Positions 41,233-56,369 are shown, counted from the stretch's first letter. The stretch is DNA of 64,000 nt from Blastocystis sp. Blastoise (GCA_039096225.1 JBBPEB010000026.1:186001-250000), one strand, 5' to 3'. Notes: generated by a model not told the origin, from the sequence alone. Numbers and translations are program-made.

Positions 41233-41991
41233 CTATACAATCTTTGGAAATAGTTTAACAATATTGTTTGAACAGAAAATTAAGTATTTGTTATTTGTAG
41301 AGGAAGGATAAAGAACAGATACATTTTGAAAACATACTACGCACCCTATATTCAATACTGTTGAATAATCCTTTACTAAGTTTCTATAGAGTTATTAATG
41401 GATATTTATTCAACTGTTTTATCTGTATCAATATATAAATAATATATCATATATAAATAAACTATAATTAGAAATGAACTATGAATAAATAAAATATATA
41501 TATAAAGCATCCTATATTTAATGAAAAACAGAATAAATACGGATGTAATGTTCCAGACATTGTGTCTGTATAATCTGTAAAACGAATATAGGCTCCTACA
41601 TCTGTATATTTTATTTCTAGCACTTCAATAAGTATTTTAGGTATCTTGTAATATTCATTCTTTAAAATGATGGATAAAGGCATGTATGAAGAATCATTTT
41701 CTATATATAATAAACATTTGAGAATTATTTAGAATAAATTAGTTTCATTTCTAATATAAAATAAGCATTAAAACATACGAATATCATAATCATCAATATG
41801 AAATGCTTCACAAGCACATTTCCATGTTGGAGAATAATTAATTACATTTTTTATATTCTATACATATATATAAAATAGAGTTTAATCAAAACTTGGAAGT
41901 GACATCCACTATTCGAGAAAAATAATACGGGATTATTATAACCATTTTGTTCTGAAATCATGTTCACATCGTTTGTATCATTCTGAGACAT
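41233..41991 (-). CDS. HROB/MCM8IP-like OB-fold protein (minimal)
   Basis: KIPKILIEV...FTDYTDTMSGTLHP/NLVKDYSTVLNIGCVVCFQNVSVLYPS...YLIFCSNNIVKLF parallels the HROB DPTGEMQGTVH...LKPGSVLLL...YLNVTPNNLV pattern; 4 exons. Confidence 0.65.
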
Positions 41992-42735
41992 TATATCTAG
42001 CAAGAAGAAATCAAGTTATTTAAAATTTATATGATTTTTTACAAAAAGCTTTTTCAAAACACATTTTTTAATGCTCAAAATACTTTCTAAGAGTATTCTA
42101 CTTGATTAGAAACATTTAAAAAATAGTATAGAGCTTTTATTTTTTTGTGGGAACAAGAATACGTTTATAATTCAACTGCTCATTTATTATATATGATGCT
42201 CAATTAGTGTATTTATATTTTCTAAAAATGAAAGTGACGAACTTGAAAAAAATAGTTCAATGACTGATAACACACAATCAACTTTTTCAAAAAAGTTTAT
42301 TTTATATATATAGAATAACTATATATCATCAGATATACAAACAATATTTAAATAATAAAATATGAGTATGATATCATTAAAAAGTAATAGATTCTGACTT
42401 TAAATACTTTTTTCTATAAATTTTTTATTTGAAAAATCAAAAAAGTGTTTTTTTTTTGTTTTCTTTTCTTCATTCGTTTTTTTTTCTTTCATTTTCATCT
42501 CGTTGATATATAGAATATAATTATATGAAGAATAACACAAAACAATTTTATAAAGTAAAGATTGATCATGCAAAAAAGCTATAACATCATTGGATAAAAT
42601 ATACTATATGCATGTAACAAATACATTACAACATATAACAACAATAAAAGAACAGAAAAGTAAAAAATTGAAAAATAGGAATGCAAGGTAATTAGAAAAA
42701 ACTACTTTTTATAATAATAAAAGAAATTTTATCAT

Positions 42736-44003
42736 TTATGGAACAAGACTAGCTACTCTCTGATAACGACTAGTCGAATATAACTTCTTAACAGCCTAAA
42801 AATATAATATAGTTAAAAAAATAAATTATTGATAAGATGTATAAGAATAGAAGTTTAAAAATGAAATAATTTTGTCAAATAAATAAATATATTGTATATA
42901 AAATAAAAATGAGAATACAAAGAAAATATTAAAAAAATAAAATATTAAAAAAAAAAATAAATAAAAAAATGAGTTTAAACATACAGTAAGTCTCGATTCA
43001 CTATGCATAAGTAAATGCATTTCTTTTACACAATCAGTAATAGTTTCAATAGATATCTGTGTAAATCGTTCTAATAAAGGGCTCCATGCTGGTGTAATAT
43101 GAAGATATTTTCTTGCTAAATACACGCTAGAAGCAGCTTTTACAGAAGGAGTATATTTCAACATAGAATAACTATATATAATTACATTAAAATAATAAAA
43201 AAAAATTTAAAAAAAAAAAAAAACATATATATATACGCTTGTAAAGAACGATGAGCAATATAACATGCCATTGGAGCAACAATAGGATTATCTTCACAAA
43301 CTTTCAAATATCGTTGAAGAAAGTTATAAATAGTAGGAACAGTAAATTCAAATTGAAGTGAATTTACAATTTGTCCTTCCATAGTACGGATCTGATCAGG
43401 AGTATATGCTTGATCAGTTATATAAGAAAAATCAGATATTTCTGGGAAATAAATTTCTTCATATTTCGAAGCAATAAGCATTGAAGTGACACCCACTAAT
43501 TGAAGATTATGTTTTGAAATTTCGTTCTTCTCTAAGTATCTATCAATAATATTTGTTGTCAGATACATAGTTTCAGGAACTAACTTAAATTTTATATGTA
43601 CATCAGTTAACCAATCCAATAAAATTTCTCTCATTTTATATGTAATGTATTGCTGACTAGCCATATAATTCGGATTCACACAGAACTTTTTTTCTACCTT
43701 CAACCAGTGTTTCACAATATTACTAGCATATTGAGATACAGCTTGAGGATTGCCACGATCTTTAGAATCAATCTTCTGCTGATATTGATCAGCAGATTCA
43801 TGAGATTTTACGATCTCTGACTGTCTAGAAGCTACAGCAACTTTTACATTCGTAGGTTTCGCTACTCCTGTAGTAGATTTAAAATTACTAACGTCTCCTA
43901 AGACCTGGGAGGCAACAGCTTTCTTTATGAGATTTCCTTGATCATCGATATAATAATCTCTTTCAGGAACTATATTCTCATTAGTAAACTGTACAGAGCT
44001 CAT
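42736..44003 (-). CDS. Mitotic cyclin (B-type)
   Basis: MREILLDWL, KFKLVPETMYL, LQLVGVTSMLIASKYEEIY, YITDQAYT and AVKKLYS; 3 exons. Confidence 0.95.
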
Positions 44004-45482
44004 GGTGTATTCTTAAGAAATATAAAGTCTACTCAATGAGTTTTTCTTTCCTTTTTATATTTTCTTGGGTAATAAGTTTTCAACAAGAAACTAAATGACA
44101 CATCTGCTTCTACTGTCTATTCTGTCATACTATTTTATATTCTATTTTAACTCTTCTTTGAATCAAATAGAAAAAAATATGTTCTGATGTGAATTACCAT
44201 GGTTTTCTATCTTTTTCATTTTTATTTTTCCACGGGACAACTATTTCCAAGGTTACAAAAATTGAAACACATACCTTAAACGAAGGTTTATATTTTTTGA
44301 ATGAGTTACCGGGGTTTTATTCAAATAAAGGATATATTTTGGAGGTAAGTCCCCTATTAACCGAACTCCCACTATTATTTTGTCTTATTCTGCAACCTCC
44401 AAATCATATTCTCCAGGTTATTCTTTTTTTCTTCTTTATTTTAAATTAATCAATGTGCCAAATCTTTTTTTCTTATATTTCATATATATTCTTTTGTTTC
44501 TTTTGAGATTATTGATATAATTAAGATGAGTAAATCATAATTGAGTATATTATTATTGATATAATTATTTTAACGTTTTTCATATGATTTCAAATGGTTC
44601 ATCTCACTATTTTCTATTATATTATGTATTAGAAGAGTTTAAATGCAAATATAAAGACAATATAAAGCCATATCTCGATGGTTTATTCTTTCAATTACCT
44701 TTTCATCTTTCAACAATTGTTTCATTAATTTTATTAAATACTCTACATAAAATATTCTGTTTAATCTTACTATTGGCCATTTAGTTATCTATAATTTGTA
44801 AAGAAATTTAATAAATAAGTGGTTACATCATAACACTTATATCTCAGATTATCTTAAATATCTTAATCTACAAAAATTGACACAAAATAATAAATATTTT
44901 GTTTCTAATGGGACTCGAATGTCATAGTTGAATAATATTAGATAAAAAAATCAATAGTCTAGGATATGACTTATCATCTTCAAAGTTAAAAAAACAAAAA
45001 TATATGTTATATTGCCAAGAAATTGGCAATCTATTATTTGTGCTTTTTCTATTGCATTTTAAAGTTTTGTTCTTGTGCTCAACTCTGATTCATTTTATTA
45101 CAGTTTTCAAGAAATATATAACCCCTAAATACATAGATTTTTAGGTATTTTTTCCAGTTTTTAGGACATTTTCTCGTATATTACCCTACTTTTTGCTCGT
45201 TTTCAACTCAATTATTCACTTATGTTTTCGTCGCTTTTTAAATATAGATTATACTTTATTTTCATTATAAGATTATTTTTTAAAATACAATACGCTTAAT
45301 TTTATTATTGATCTGATTATTTGTTAAAATAAATAATCTTTTGAAATTTAGGTATTTGTGTTTATCTGTACTTTCTGATTAAATTAAGGTATATTATTTG
45401 TTGAACATACTTTGATTATTTCAAAATAATAGCTAATATGCATATATTCATTTATTTAATTTAGTTTATTAAAAAAAAAACA

Positions 45483-47381
45483 ATGAGTAACTCGTATACG
45501 GCTCCTCAAAAAGTAGAAAGAGTCAAACACCTTCTAGATAGAACAAAATCTACGAATGATTCAAACCCTACTTTAACTACAGATGATTTTGCGTGTGAAG
45601 AATGTGAATTATCTTCTGATTCTTCACCTGATATAGATGAAGAACAATCTTCATCATCCAGTTTTTGGCGTTCTCCATTCTCTCTACTAAGATCATTAGT
45701 TTCAAAAAGTAAAAAACGATATCAAGATAAACAATTTGATTTAGACTTATCTTATATAACTCCAAGAATAATTGCTATGGGATACCCTTCTTCAAATATG
45801 GAAGGACTTTATAGAAATAAATTATCTGATGTTGTCAACTTCTTTAATACAAGACATGCTCATCATTATAAATTATATAATTTATGTATTGAAACTGTAC
45901 GTCATTATGACCCTGAAGTTTTCGATAATAGGGTTGTTGGATATCCGTTCCTTGATCATAATGCTCCTCCTTTACAAATGATGCTTGATTGTTGTCAAGA
46001 TATTCATCGATTCTTGAATAACGACCCTAACAACATAGTAGCTGTTCATTGTAAAGCTGGAAAAGGTCGTACAGGTGTGATGATTTCTAGTTATTTATAT
46101 TACAGTCATCAGATGAAAGATATAGATTCTTCGTTAGCTTTTTATGCTGATCAACGTACATTTAATAAGAAAGGAGTTACTATCCCTAGTCAAATACGAT
46201 TTGTTCATTATTTTGGGGAACTAGTCACTCTCTGGAATGCAATTGAATCCATTAAACGACAATATAATATAGATCATGATGTCGATCCTGCTGATTTTGA
46301 TACTAAAATTGGAAGTTCTTATTGTATGCATATTATTATGATATACATATATGTTTTAAATTATTTATTATATAAAATAATAATTATATATTTTTTATTT
46401 TTAATAACATTTTAAATAATATATATATATATAGTGGATTATCCATTACGTGTTCCTACAGATTATATTCAGCAACAATTACCTTCTATTTATCATGGAC
46501 CTATATATGTATTAGATACAGATGCTATTCCTGTATGTGAAAAATACGTCAAACAAATTACTGTTTATTTTGGGAAAAAAGTTAAAACTACACTCACACG
46601 TATATATATATATAGTTATTATAGAATAATTTATATGAATGATAATAATAATAAATATGGATTATAATATATATATGTATATAGAATTAAAATGTAAAAT
46701 TACTTCAGATGAAGATTTTTATAATACAAAAGTATATATATATATTCAATTATATTCTATATTTATTTATTAAATATATATATACATTTATTATAATTAT
46801 TATAATTATTTTTTCTTTTTTATTATTATTTTTATTATATATAGGATCTTTGTGATAACCGTTCGTTAGATTCGCAAAACTATTGGATATGTCCGTTAGA
46901 AGGCGTTAAAGTACACAATGAAGTCATGTTCCAAATATTTAACGGTCATAAAAATATTATTCTACAATGCTGGATTCATTGTGCATTTATTAAGGTATAT
47001 ATTATTATATAGTTATCTTATTATTATATAAGTATGTTTATACGTATATATATACCATTAATTACATACCTATATACCTAAATAATTACTTTCCTATATA
47101 CCTATATATATACCATTAATTACATACCTATATATCTATATATATACCTAAATAATTACATATCTATATACCTATATATATACCTAAATAATTACATGTC
47201 TATATACCTATATATATACCTAAATAATTACATTCCTATATACCTATATAATTCCATATCTAAATAGAATAATAAGATAACTATTCCAAAGATGGAATTA
47301 GATTTAATTAACCATGATAAGAACAACAAAGAATATGATTCACGTGTTTCCATTGAAATACTATTCTCAGATACTGAATAA
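45483..47381 (+). CDS. PTEN: PTEN-like phosphoinositide 3-phosphatase (phosphatase plus C2 domain)
   Basis: VSKSKKRYQ..FDLDLSYIT.RIIAMGYP, FLDHNAP, HCKAGKGRTG and GVTIPSQIRFV, followed by C2 exons CWIHCAFI...KMELD. Confidence 0.96.
47050..47250. repeat. About 36-bp intronic minisatellite in the last PTEN intron
   Basis: About 6 imperfect units containing TATATACC(T/A)AAATAATTAC. Confidence 0.8.
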
Positions 47382-48215
47382 GCACGTGATCTGAAACTCT
47401 ATTTCTTTATATATTACAAAATCTTACTTTCTTTCTTTATATACATTTATATATATATGCAATTTTTATAAAAAATGTTTTTCTATTTTTCTTTTTTGAA
47501 CTTTTAAGTAATTATCACTGTGTTCTTCATTGTATATATATATATGTATATAATATTTCTTTTTACACTTTTCTTCTTCTTTTTCTTCTTTTCTATGTAT
47601 ATACATTCATTTAAATTTCTAAAATTCCAATTATTCATTATTAACTATATATTCGTGTTATTGTTTCTTTTATATATATATATTCTTTTGTATAATTATG
47701 TCATATATCTATATAATCATTTTAGTTATTATACATATATATATATGTATATATATTATATATTCACATGATGAATATGTATAAGTAGTTTCGTTATTTC
47801 TTCAATTAGAAGTATCCATAATTTTTTTTTAATGATAAATGTAAATACTAATCATTATTATAATTTATTTATATATAATAAGATTTTATTATTGAATAGA
47901 ATAAATATAATTATGTATTTTGACACTATCTAATAATACAAATGAGAACGTACAAAACAATAATGGTAAATATATATAAATAAACATCGTAAAACAGTTG
48001 AATAGAATAAACAAGAAAAAAAAAATAAAAATTACAAAAAAGAATGAACAATAAAGAGTTTAATTTAAAAGAAAAAACAATTAAAAGAAAAAGAAAAAGA
48101 CATAAAAAATGATATGTATATATATAAAGAAGTAATAATTTGTTTTGAATATATATATATGTATATATATAAAGAATTAATAATCATGATATGTAGTTGT
48201 GAATAATAAGAGGGA

Positions 48216-48450
48216 TTAGAGAGGGATTCCGATGAGCGCGGAATGTTGCCCGCCACCGCCAAGTTGACTAACTTTTATACCTTTAATATTTGTATTAACA
48301 ATAGCTTTAGGAACAGTATTATCGGTGAGTGCGTCATTGCCACATTGGCCTAATTCTCCGAATCCCCAGACGTACACAATACCACGTGACGAGAGACACA
48401 AACTGTGACAACTACCACAAGCAATCTATAATCAGAATTATAAGTATAAG

Positions 48451-48490
<40 letters not shown>

Positions 48491-48915
48491 TACTTGTTGT
48501 ACTTTAATTTCACTGAGACCAGGTATAGTTCTAAAAAGCTTTTCTCCCGCGGGATCGAAGTTTTGTATTTTGTTCTTTTCATCATTTGGTCCGAATCCAA
48601 GTTGACCATAACTACCTCTACCACAAGCATATCTAGATATATAATAATAATAATATATTATACTCTATATTATAATAATAATAAGTATAATAATAAACAT
48701 AATAATAATAATAATAATAATATTATATATATACACAACTCCATCTTCTGAGAGAGCTAGAGTATGATGTTGACCTCCTGCCATGGCGACGATATGCTTA
48801 CCATCCAATTCCTTTATATGTACGGGAGAGCACGTGTTCTCCTTGTTCCCCGTACCTAACTGACCCCAATTGTTCAATCCCCATGTATATCTATATAATA
48901 ATAAAGATAATAAAG

Positions 48916-48951
<36 letters not shown>

Positions 48952-49223
48952 TATATATATATACACTTTTCCACATTCACTAATGGCCATAGCATGCATA
49001 CCGCCACTGAAAATGGCGGCAATCTTAGCGAATCGTCTTCCTTCTTTAATAGCAATATGGCGGGGAATTAATGACGCAGGCTCACGTGGACGTACTAAAC
49101 GACGACCTAATTGGCCATTATCACCTGCTCCCCAAGTGTACATATTCCCACGGGAATCGAGAGCCATTGTGTGATTTTCACCACAACAAATAGAAACAAT
49201 TTCACATTTACCTTCAAACTTAA

Positions 49224-49262
<39 letters not shown>

Positions 49263-50639
49263 ATATGTATGTATATATACTTGTTTGGGTGTATTTTGTA
49301 TTTTTGTATGAAGATCCCATCCTAATAATCCATTATTATCTCTATATGTACCCCATGTATATACCTAGAAGAGGAGAAGAAGGAGATTTATAGTATAATA
49401 ATAATAAACATAATAATAATAATAATAATAAACATAATAATATACTTTATGTTTATCTGTTAAGGCAACACTATGATTTGATCCCGCGTAAACTTGAATA
49501 ACTTTTTCATCCGCGGGAATTTCACCTCGTTCCACTTCATAAGGATCTAATTCATCACCATCTCGTCCAAGAGCCATTTCATCGTTAACACCCCAACTGT
49601 ACATAGTGCCTTGTTTATCGTCACTAAGAGCTATATTATGTTGACCACCGCAAGCTATACGAACAATATGCTTCGTCTCAAGAGACTTTACGGGGATGGC
49701 TACCTCACTCTAAAGGGAAGGGAACATAAATGTATAATAATATTAAAAATAAATTAATAATATATTAAAAATAAAATAAAAATAAATAAAAAAATAAACT
49801 TATAATAAATACAAGTGAAATATCATCTCCAACACCTAGTTGGCCAACTTCACCACTTCCAAATACAAAAACATGACAAGCCTAAAGATATAAAAAAAAA
49901 GTTCAATTACAAATTAACAAATTCTTATACATACCTTTTCGCTTTTGTTAACAGGAACAGAAATACTAAGAGATTTACAAGGTAAAATAATAGGAATAGA
50001 TTCATCTAAATCAACAGAATCAGGTTTAAAGACTTCAATAGGACTTTCTTCAATTTTAGGTGTAGAAGGTGTTTTAGCCATTGGTTTTACACCAAAAGTA
50101 ATAGGACCATTTACTTTGAATGATGGGAATGGAGATACAGAACTAGAAGCAGACTTAGATACGCCAAAAGAAAAATTTGAAATTGGAGCGGCAAATTGAA
50201 AACCTCCAGTAGGTTGTACAGGAGGTGTTTTGACAAGATCTGTTTGCTTAGGAGCACAGAGGAATGCTGGCTTCTCAATAGGTTTCGATAAATCAATACT
50301 TAACTTGGTTCTTTTGTTGGAATCATCATCTTCCATAACTCTTTTAATAGTAGGTTTAGGAGATGATCCATTTTTCTCGACGGACTCATCATCATCGACT
50401 TTTGTATCTTCTTTAATACCATAGGATTCAAGAATTGATTGACGAGTTAATGTAACAGCACTTTCAGGTCTAGCAATTTCACAAGATAAACATTTCTTTT
50501 GTTTATCGTCGTTATAAATAAAACAAGTAGGACATCTCCAACGGCCAATATTTTTCTTATTGATTTTAAGGATCACATCAATGTTCCAAGTTGGCTTTGC
50601 AGTTTGTTCACCAGAGTTGGTTTCTGTTTTTTCTGACAT
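48216..50639 (-). CDS. RCC1: RCC1 (RanGEF) with an N-terminal RanBP2-type zinc finger and FG-like region
   Basis: VFVFGSGEVGQLG, YSWGVNDEMALGR, YTWGTYRDNNGLLG, TWGAGDNGQLGR, TWGLNNWGQLG, VWGFGELGQCG and GGQHS. N-terminal WRCPTCFIYN...KCLSC. Confidence 0.9.
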
Positions 50640-50988
50640 GATTAAGCAGATCTCTTTGATTATTAGAAAAAGAAAAAATTGTAGTTTTTGACCTTTATAC
50701 AGAACACTTTTGAAATTCTTAAGAAAACCGCGGTTCTGACGTGATATTTCCAGGAAAAAACATTTTTTTGTGAATCACTTTCTTTTTTTTTACTGACGAG
50801 AGAAATCCATAATTTTCGTTTTTGGTTATTTAAGAAAATGAGTTCACTTTCTAGGAATAATTTCTTCAATACTTTTTTTTGCTCTTTTATTTATATTAAA
50901 AAAGCAAATTATTCTTGCTGGTCTGTAGGAACTTTTCTCTTGCGAATAACTATAAATCAACAATTCTCGAAGCAACTTCTAGCTCATC

Positions 50989-53165
50989 ATGAAGATCCAT
51001 TTCTTTACTTTTCTTACATTTTCCATTATAGCCATCTTTGCTATTTTTGTAAGTACTCTCTTATTAATATATCTACTCTTTTTAGAATGGAATCATGCTT
51101 TTTAATTACAATTCGGTTTGTATGTTTTTAACATTCACTTTTTGTCTATATTTGATATTATAGTTCACGTAAAAGGTCGCCAAAATCCTTCAGGAAATCT
51201 ATTTAAGATTGACGAAACTGCTTCATTTACTTCTGCTCTTCAAACAAATAAACGTCGAGTTCCTGATACTCAACTCACGAAAAAAAGACCTGTCTCTCCT
51301 GATGATGAGTATTTTTTTTATATATTATTATTTACTTTTTCTTAAAATGAAATATTTGTGTTGATATTATTATATATATATTATTTTGTTTATTATATTT
51401 ATATATAGTACAAAACATTATAAATTGGTTCTTGCTACTACCATTGGAAACAGTTATGTATATAATATTATTATATATTATTATATATATTAAATATTAT
51501 TCTTTATTATTATATATATATATATTAAATATTATTCTTTATTATTATATATATATAGTCGCTTCGAGCGGAGACTATTTTGAATAATACAATTCAGTCT
51601 TATATAAACATGGGGTTAGACTTCTATCCTATTGTATTTACTACTAATGAACGATATACTGCTATATGTAATGAAAAAGGAATCAAAGTTGAAAGTACTA
51701 TAGAGTATATATATATATATTATAAAATTATTTTTTTAAATGATAATTTAAGTTTTTTTTTTGGAAAAATATATTTTTTTAATTATATTTTTTAGTTTTA
51801 TTTTATTTTAATTTTAATTTTCTATTGTGTATATTTTATATATTTTCTATTATATATATATTATATTTTATGTATTATATATTATATGTTATGTATATAT
51901 TATATATTATATATTCTCTAGAGAGAATCCTTATCATTTACCTTATTTCAAGTGGTTTATCGATTATGTTCAATCTCATTATAAGAGTGACTTTTATGGA
52001 TATACAAATAGCGATATATTATTTCATTCTAAAATACTTAACGTATTAGACACTATTAAACAGAAACAAACAGATAAAGTATTACAAAAAAAGGTATATA
52101 TAATAATTAGAATAATAAGTATTATATATTTATATATATATATTGAATATTATATATATATAATAAGTATTATATATATATATATATATATATAGATATT
52201 ATTAGTAGGTCGTCGTTTGAACTATAATATATATGAAAATATGACTATTCCCGTTCTCCCAGGGTTATTTGACAAGTTTCTGGAAGATATATACTTTAAT
52301 AGCGAAGTATTTACGGGATTAGCTATGGTATATATATATATATATATTATTATGGTTTAGTGATTTTGTTATCTATATGTATATCTGTTTATATATTATA
52401 ATTTTATTATAATATATATCTGTTTATATATATATCTATATATATAAAGGATTATTTCATAACGACTCCTTATACCTTTGGTAGTGACCTCAGTCCCGTG
52501 GTTATTGGCCGTCCTATGATTGATAGTTATCTGTTTCATTATGCATATTCTAAAGAAGATATCGATGTTGTCGACTGCTCCGATTCAAGTATATAACCGC
52601 GGTTATAATGAACCATTGATTTGTTATTATTATTAATATTATTATTATCCTATTTATAACATTTTTATTTTTAAAAGACATTTTTATTCTATATAATGAT
52701 ATCTATATATAATGATACATATATCATTATATATTTAATAATATCTATATATAATCTATTTATAATATTTATATATGATATCTATATATAATAATATATA
52801 TATATAATGATATATGTATATGTATATATATATATAGTAATAGCCGTCCATGAGACCGATGAGAATGGTAATTGGCGGGGCCATGGAAATGACGAGTCCA
52901 GTCAGGAAGATATTCAGTGGAATTCGAAGTTCTATGAGAACACAAGACAACAAGCCAAAACTACTCTCGCTGCTCCTTTTAAATTAGGTATATATATATA
53001 TATATATATTATTCATTGTCAATGTTTATATATATTATTAATGTTTATATATTATATTTATCATTAATATTTATATATTATATTTATCATTAATATTTAT
53101 ATATATTATTGAAAGTGATATATATTATTTATTTTCACTGCTTCTATATATATTATATATTATTA

Positions 53166-53209
<44 letters not shown>

Positions 53210-54253
53210 CTGAATTGAGTGATGATACTTATTATTTATATAACGATGACGGATGGGATGACGCGTATACTGACGCAGAAATCGCTGTTCTTAAGAAACA
53301 TATTCCTGAGAATGGTTGTATATATATATATATTTCAAGTTTCTTTTATTTAAATTTCTTTTTTCTAATTATAATTATATATATATATATATATATATAA
53401 CTATATATATATATATAGTTTGTTTATACTATGGTAATGGTCGAATGAAGGGTGTATTAACCTCTATATGTAAATATGTTATATATATGATCTATGATAC
53501 TAATCTACCGTATATATATATCATTATATATATTTCTATATACTATATATATATATCATTATAACTATTTCTATCTATTATTTCTATATGTATATATGTA
53601 TATATAGAGGATATGAGGGTCCATTTAATATGAAGAATAGAATGAGAATACTCAAAAATCTAAAGTATATATATATAACTATATATATATATCATTATAT
53701 AACTATATATATATAGTCATACAAACAATGGTATTCTTCCTTCTTGTAGTGTCTATAAGGATTATATTACATACCCTCTCTTCTCTATTCCTGAACCTCC
53801 TAAAGAATATTATATTAATATATGGAAGAAATATGATGCTATTATTATTGATGGTCCATGCAAACAAGAAATTGCATATTACTCGTATATATATATATAT
53901 AATTATTCTACTTATTATTAGGTATAATAATATATGTCTATATATATATATATATATATATATAGTTCCTATAATATTCGTTTCCGTGACACATCCATCA
54001 TCATTCATGGCTCAAATATACATCGAAATAAAAATGTCAACCTTATGGCTGGATTTAGATTCATTGATAAGTATATATATATATATATATATATATAATG
54101 AACTAGATTTATTCTATTATCTATAATATATATATATATATATCTATAATATATCTATATAGAGATAATACTACAGATCCTCACCTTGGTATGGTTGTTT
54201 ATCAAAAGAAAATGTTTAAAATTCTTCCTGAATACCGATATTTATCTTTATAA
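50989..54253 (+). CDS. Type II membrane glycosyltransferase-like protein with a C-terminal methyltransferase-like region
   Basis: Signal anchor MKIHFFTFLTFSIIAIFAIF. NPYHLPYFK...FYGYTNSDILF, LLVGRR, DYF, VIGRPMID and AVH are GT-A-like. Later CLYYGNG...YDAIIIDG...IIIH. All introns traced are GT-AG. Confidence 0.6.
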
Positions 54254-55458
54254 CCGCGGTTATTTCATATAAAGATAATATTTTTTTTGACTTTATGAAA
54301 ATAATTGTATTTTTATCTAATATCATATATATATATATATATGATTAGATAGTTTATGCGTTTGTGCTTATTAATATATATATATATTATTTCTATATAC
54401 TCTTAACATATATATTTATTGTTTTTCATTTTATATCTATCTTTTTATTTATGTATCTATATATATATATTTATTTATATTAATATTTATATATTCTATA
54501 ACAATACTCTTTCGTTGTATACTATTTTATATTCTCATATATATATATATATATATATTTATTTATATATATATTTTATTATAGTTTGTAGCTAAAAAAA
54601 TATTTTCCTTTTTATTTATATGTTTATATATATATATTATTTTGTTTTTAATAAATTTATTGTCTTTGCTATATTTTATCATGTGATGTCTATTTATTAA
54701 ACTATTCTATATTAATATATATATATATCTATTTCTTTTTCTTCTTATTTTCAAAATAATAATATAATATTCAATTACATTACTTTATTTTAGATTTTAT
54801 TAATTTAATTTATTTTTAAGTTTTAATTTTTAACATTTTAATTATTATTATATACAAGTATTATCTTCAATATATATATATATATTCCGCTTTTTATTTT
54901 GCGTTGATATAATCATTTATATTTTTCAATTAATATATTTTTATTATATTCTGCATTATATACATATATCGAAAGGATTATTTACTAATGGTTTTGTCAA
55001 ATTTGTTGTTTTCTAATAATCCGTTATCATTATTATGATAACAGTTTTTTTTTTATTTAATAGTTATATGTTGAAATAGTTTTTATAATGAAATTTCATT
55101 ATATATAAAATAATTGATTAATGTTTTAGATCTATTTATAGAGTTTTGATCACCATTTCTTATATATAAATCAAAATAAAACTAAAATAAATATATAAAT
55201 AAAAGAAACAAAAACAAAACAAAGGTGAAGAAGACAAAAAATGACATTAAAATATTCATAAATAAAACATTCATATTATGAGAAATATGAAAATAGGAAA
55301 AGAGAAAGAATATAATGAAAACAAAAGTGAAAATTTATGAAAAACAGAGGAAATAACAATAACAATAAAAATCAATATAATACTAAATTTTATATAATAA
55401 CTATTCAATATATATATATGTAAATAAATAAATAAAAAAAGTAAAAAAGGATTCTGTT

Positions 55459-55617
55459 TTACATTTTCTTAATAATTGGAGAAAAGTCTACAGGTAATTG
55501 TACGGAGCACGCATTGTAGAATTCGATGAATTCAATAGATCCATCGTTATTACTAGAATAAAGTATTATTATAGATATATAAAGAGAGAATAAACTGAAA
55601 ATATATATTATTCAACG

Positions 55618-55667
<50 letters not shown>

Positions 55668-56268
55668 AAAATAAATATATATATACACATCTGAAACACG
55701 GAATGTTTCATTAACAATAGAATCAATTTCATCGGATGACAATGTGATATAGTTTTGATATAAAAAGGCTTCCACCATCTTATGTAACTCCTTGCGAGTA
55801 ATAAATCCATCGTTATTATTATCATAAAAACGGAATAATACTATAAAATAATATAATAATTTTAAAATAAACTAACAAATCAGTTTAAAAAATAGCATAA
55901 AAGAATAGAAAATTATACATTGCATTCTGTCTTTCTGAGGTGCTTTTGAGGACATCATAGCAACAGCAGACACAAATTCATCAAAATTAATATAACCATC
56001 TTTGTTACCATCAAAGAGAGAGAAAAACTGTTCATAAAAATAACCCTCTCTTAACCCCAGAGCTTGTCGGAATTCCCTAATAGTGCTTATAATAAGTATG
56101 AGAAAAACAATACTCAAAATCGATGATTCCATCATCTTTACCAGATGAACTAATCCGTTTAAACCTATCATAAAGAAAATTGATCTCTTCAGGAGTCAAA
56201 TAAGTTTTCTTTTGTAATTCTACTAACTCATTATGAGTCATATCAACCTTTGTAGATTTATTTCCCAT
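55459..56268 (-). CDS. Calcineurin B-like (CBL-type) EF-hand calcium sensor, N-myristoylation candidate
   Basis: MGNKST start; 14-residue first loop SSSGKDDGIIDFEE; then DGNKDGYINFDE, DNNNDGFITRKE and DVNNDGSIEFIE; 4 exons. Confidence 0.88.
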
Positions 56269-56369
56269 TAATAATGTTATTGATAAAATAATAGAATAAT
56301 TTAGTTGATCCAAGTTCTAATAAATTACTTTCATGGGAATTTTCACTATTGAAAAATCTAATCTTCTTT

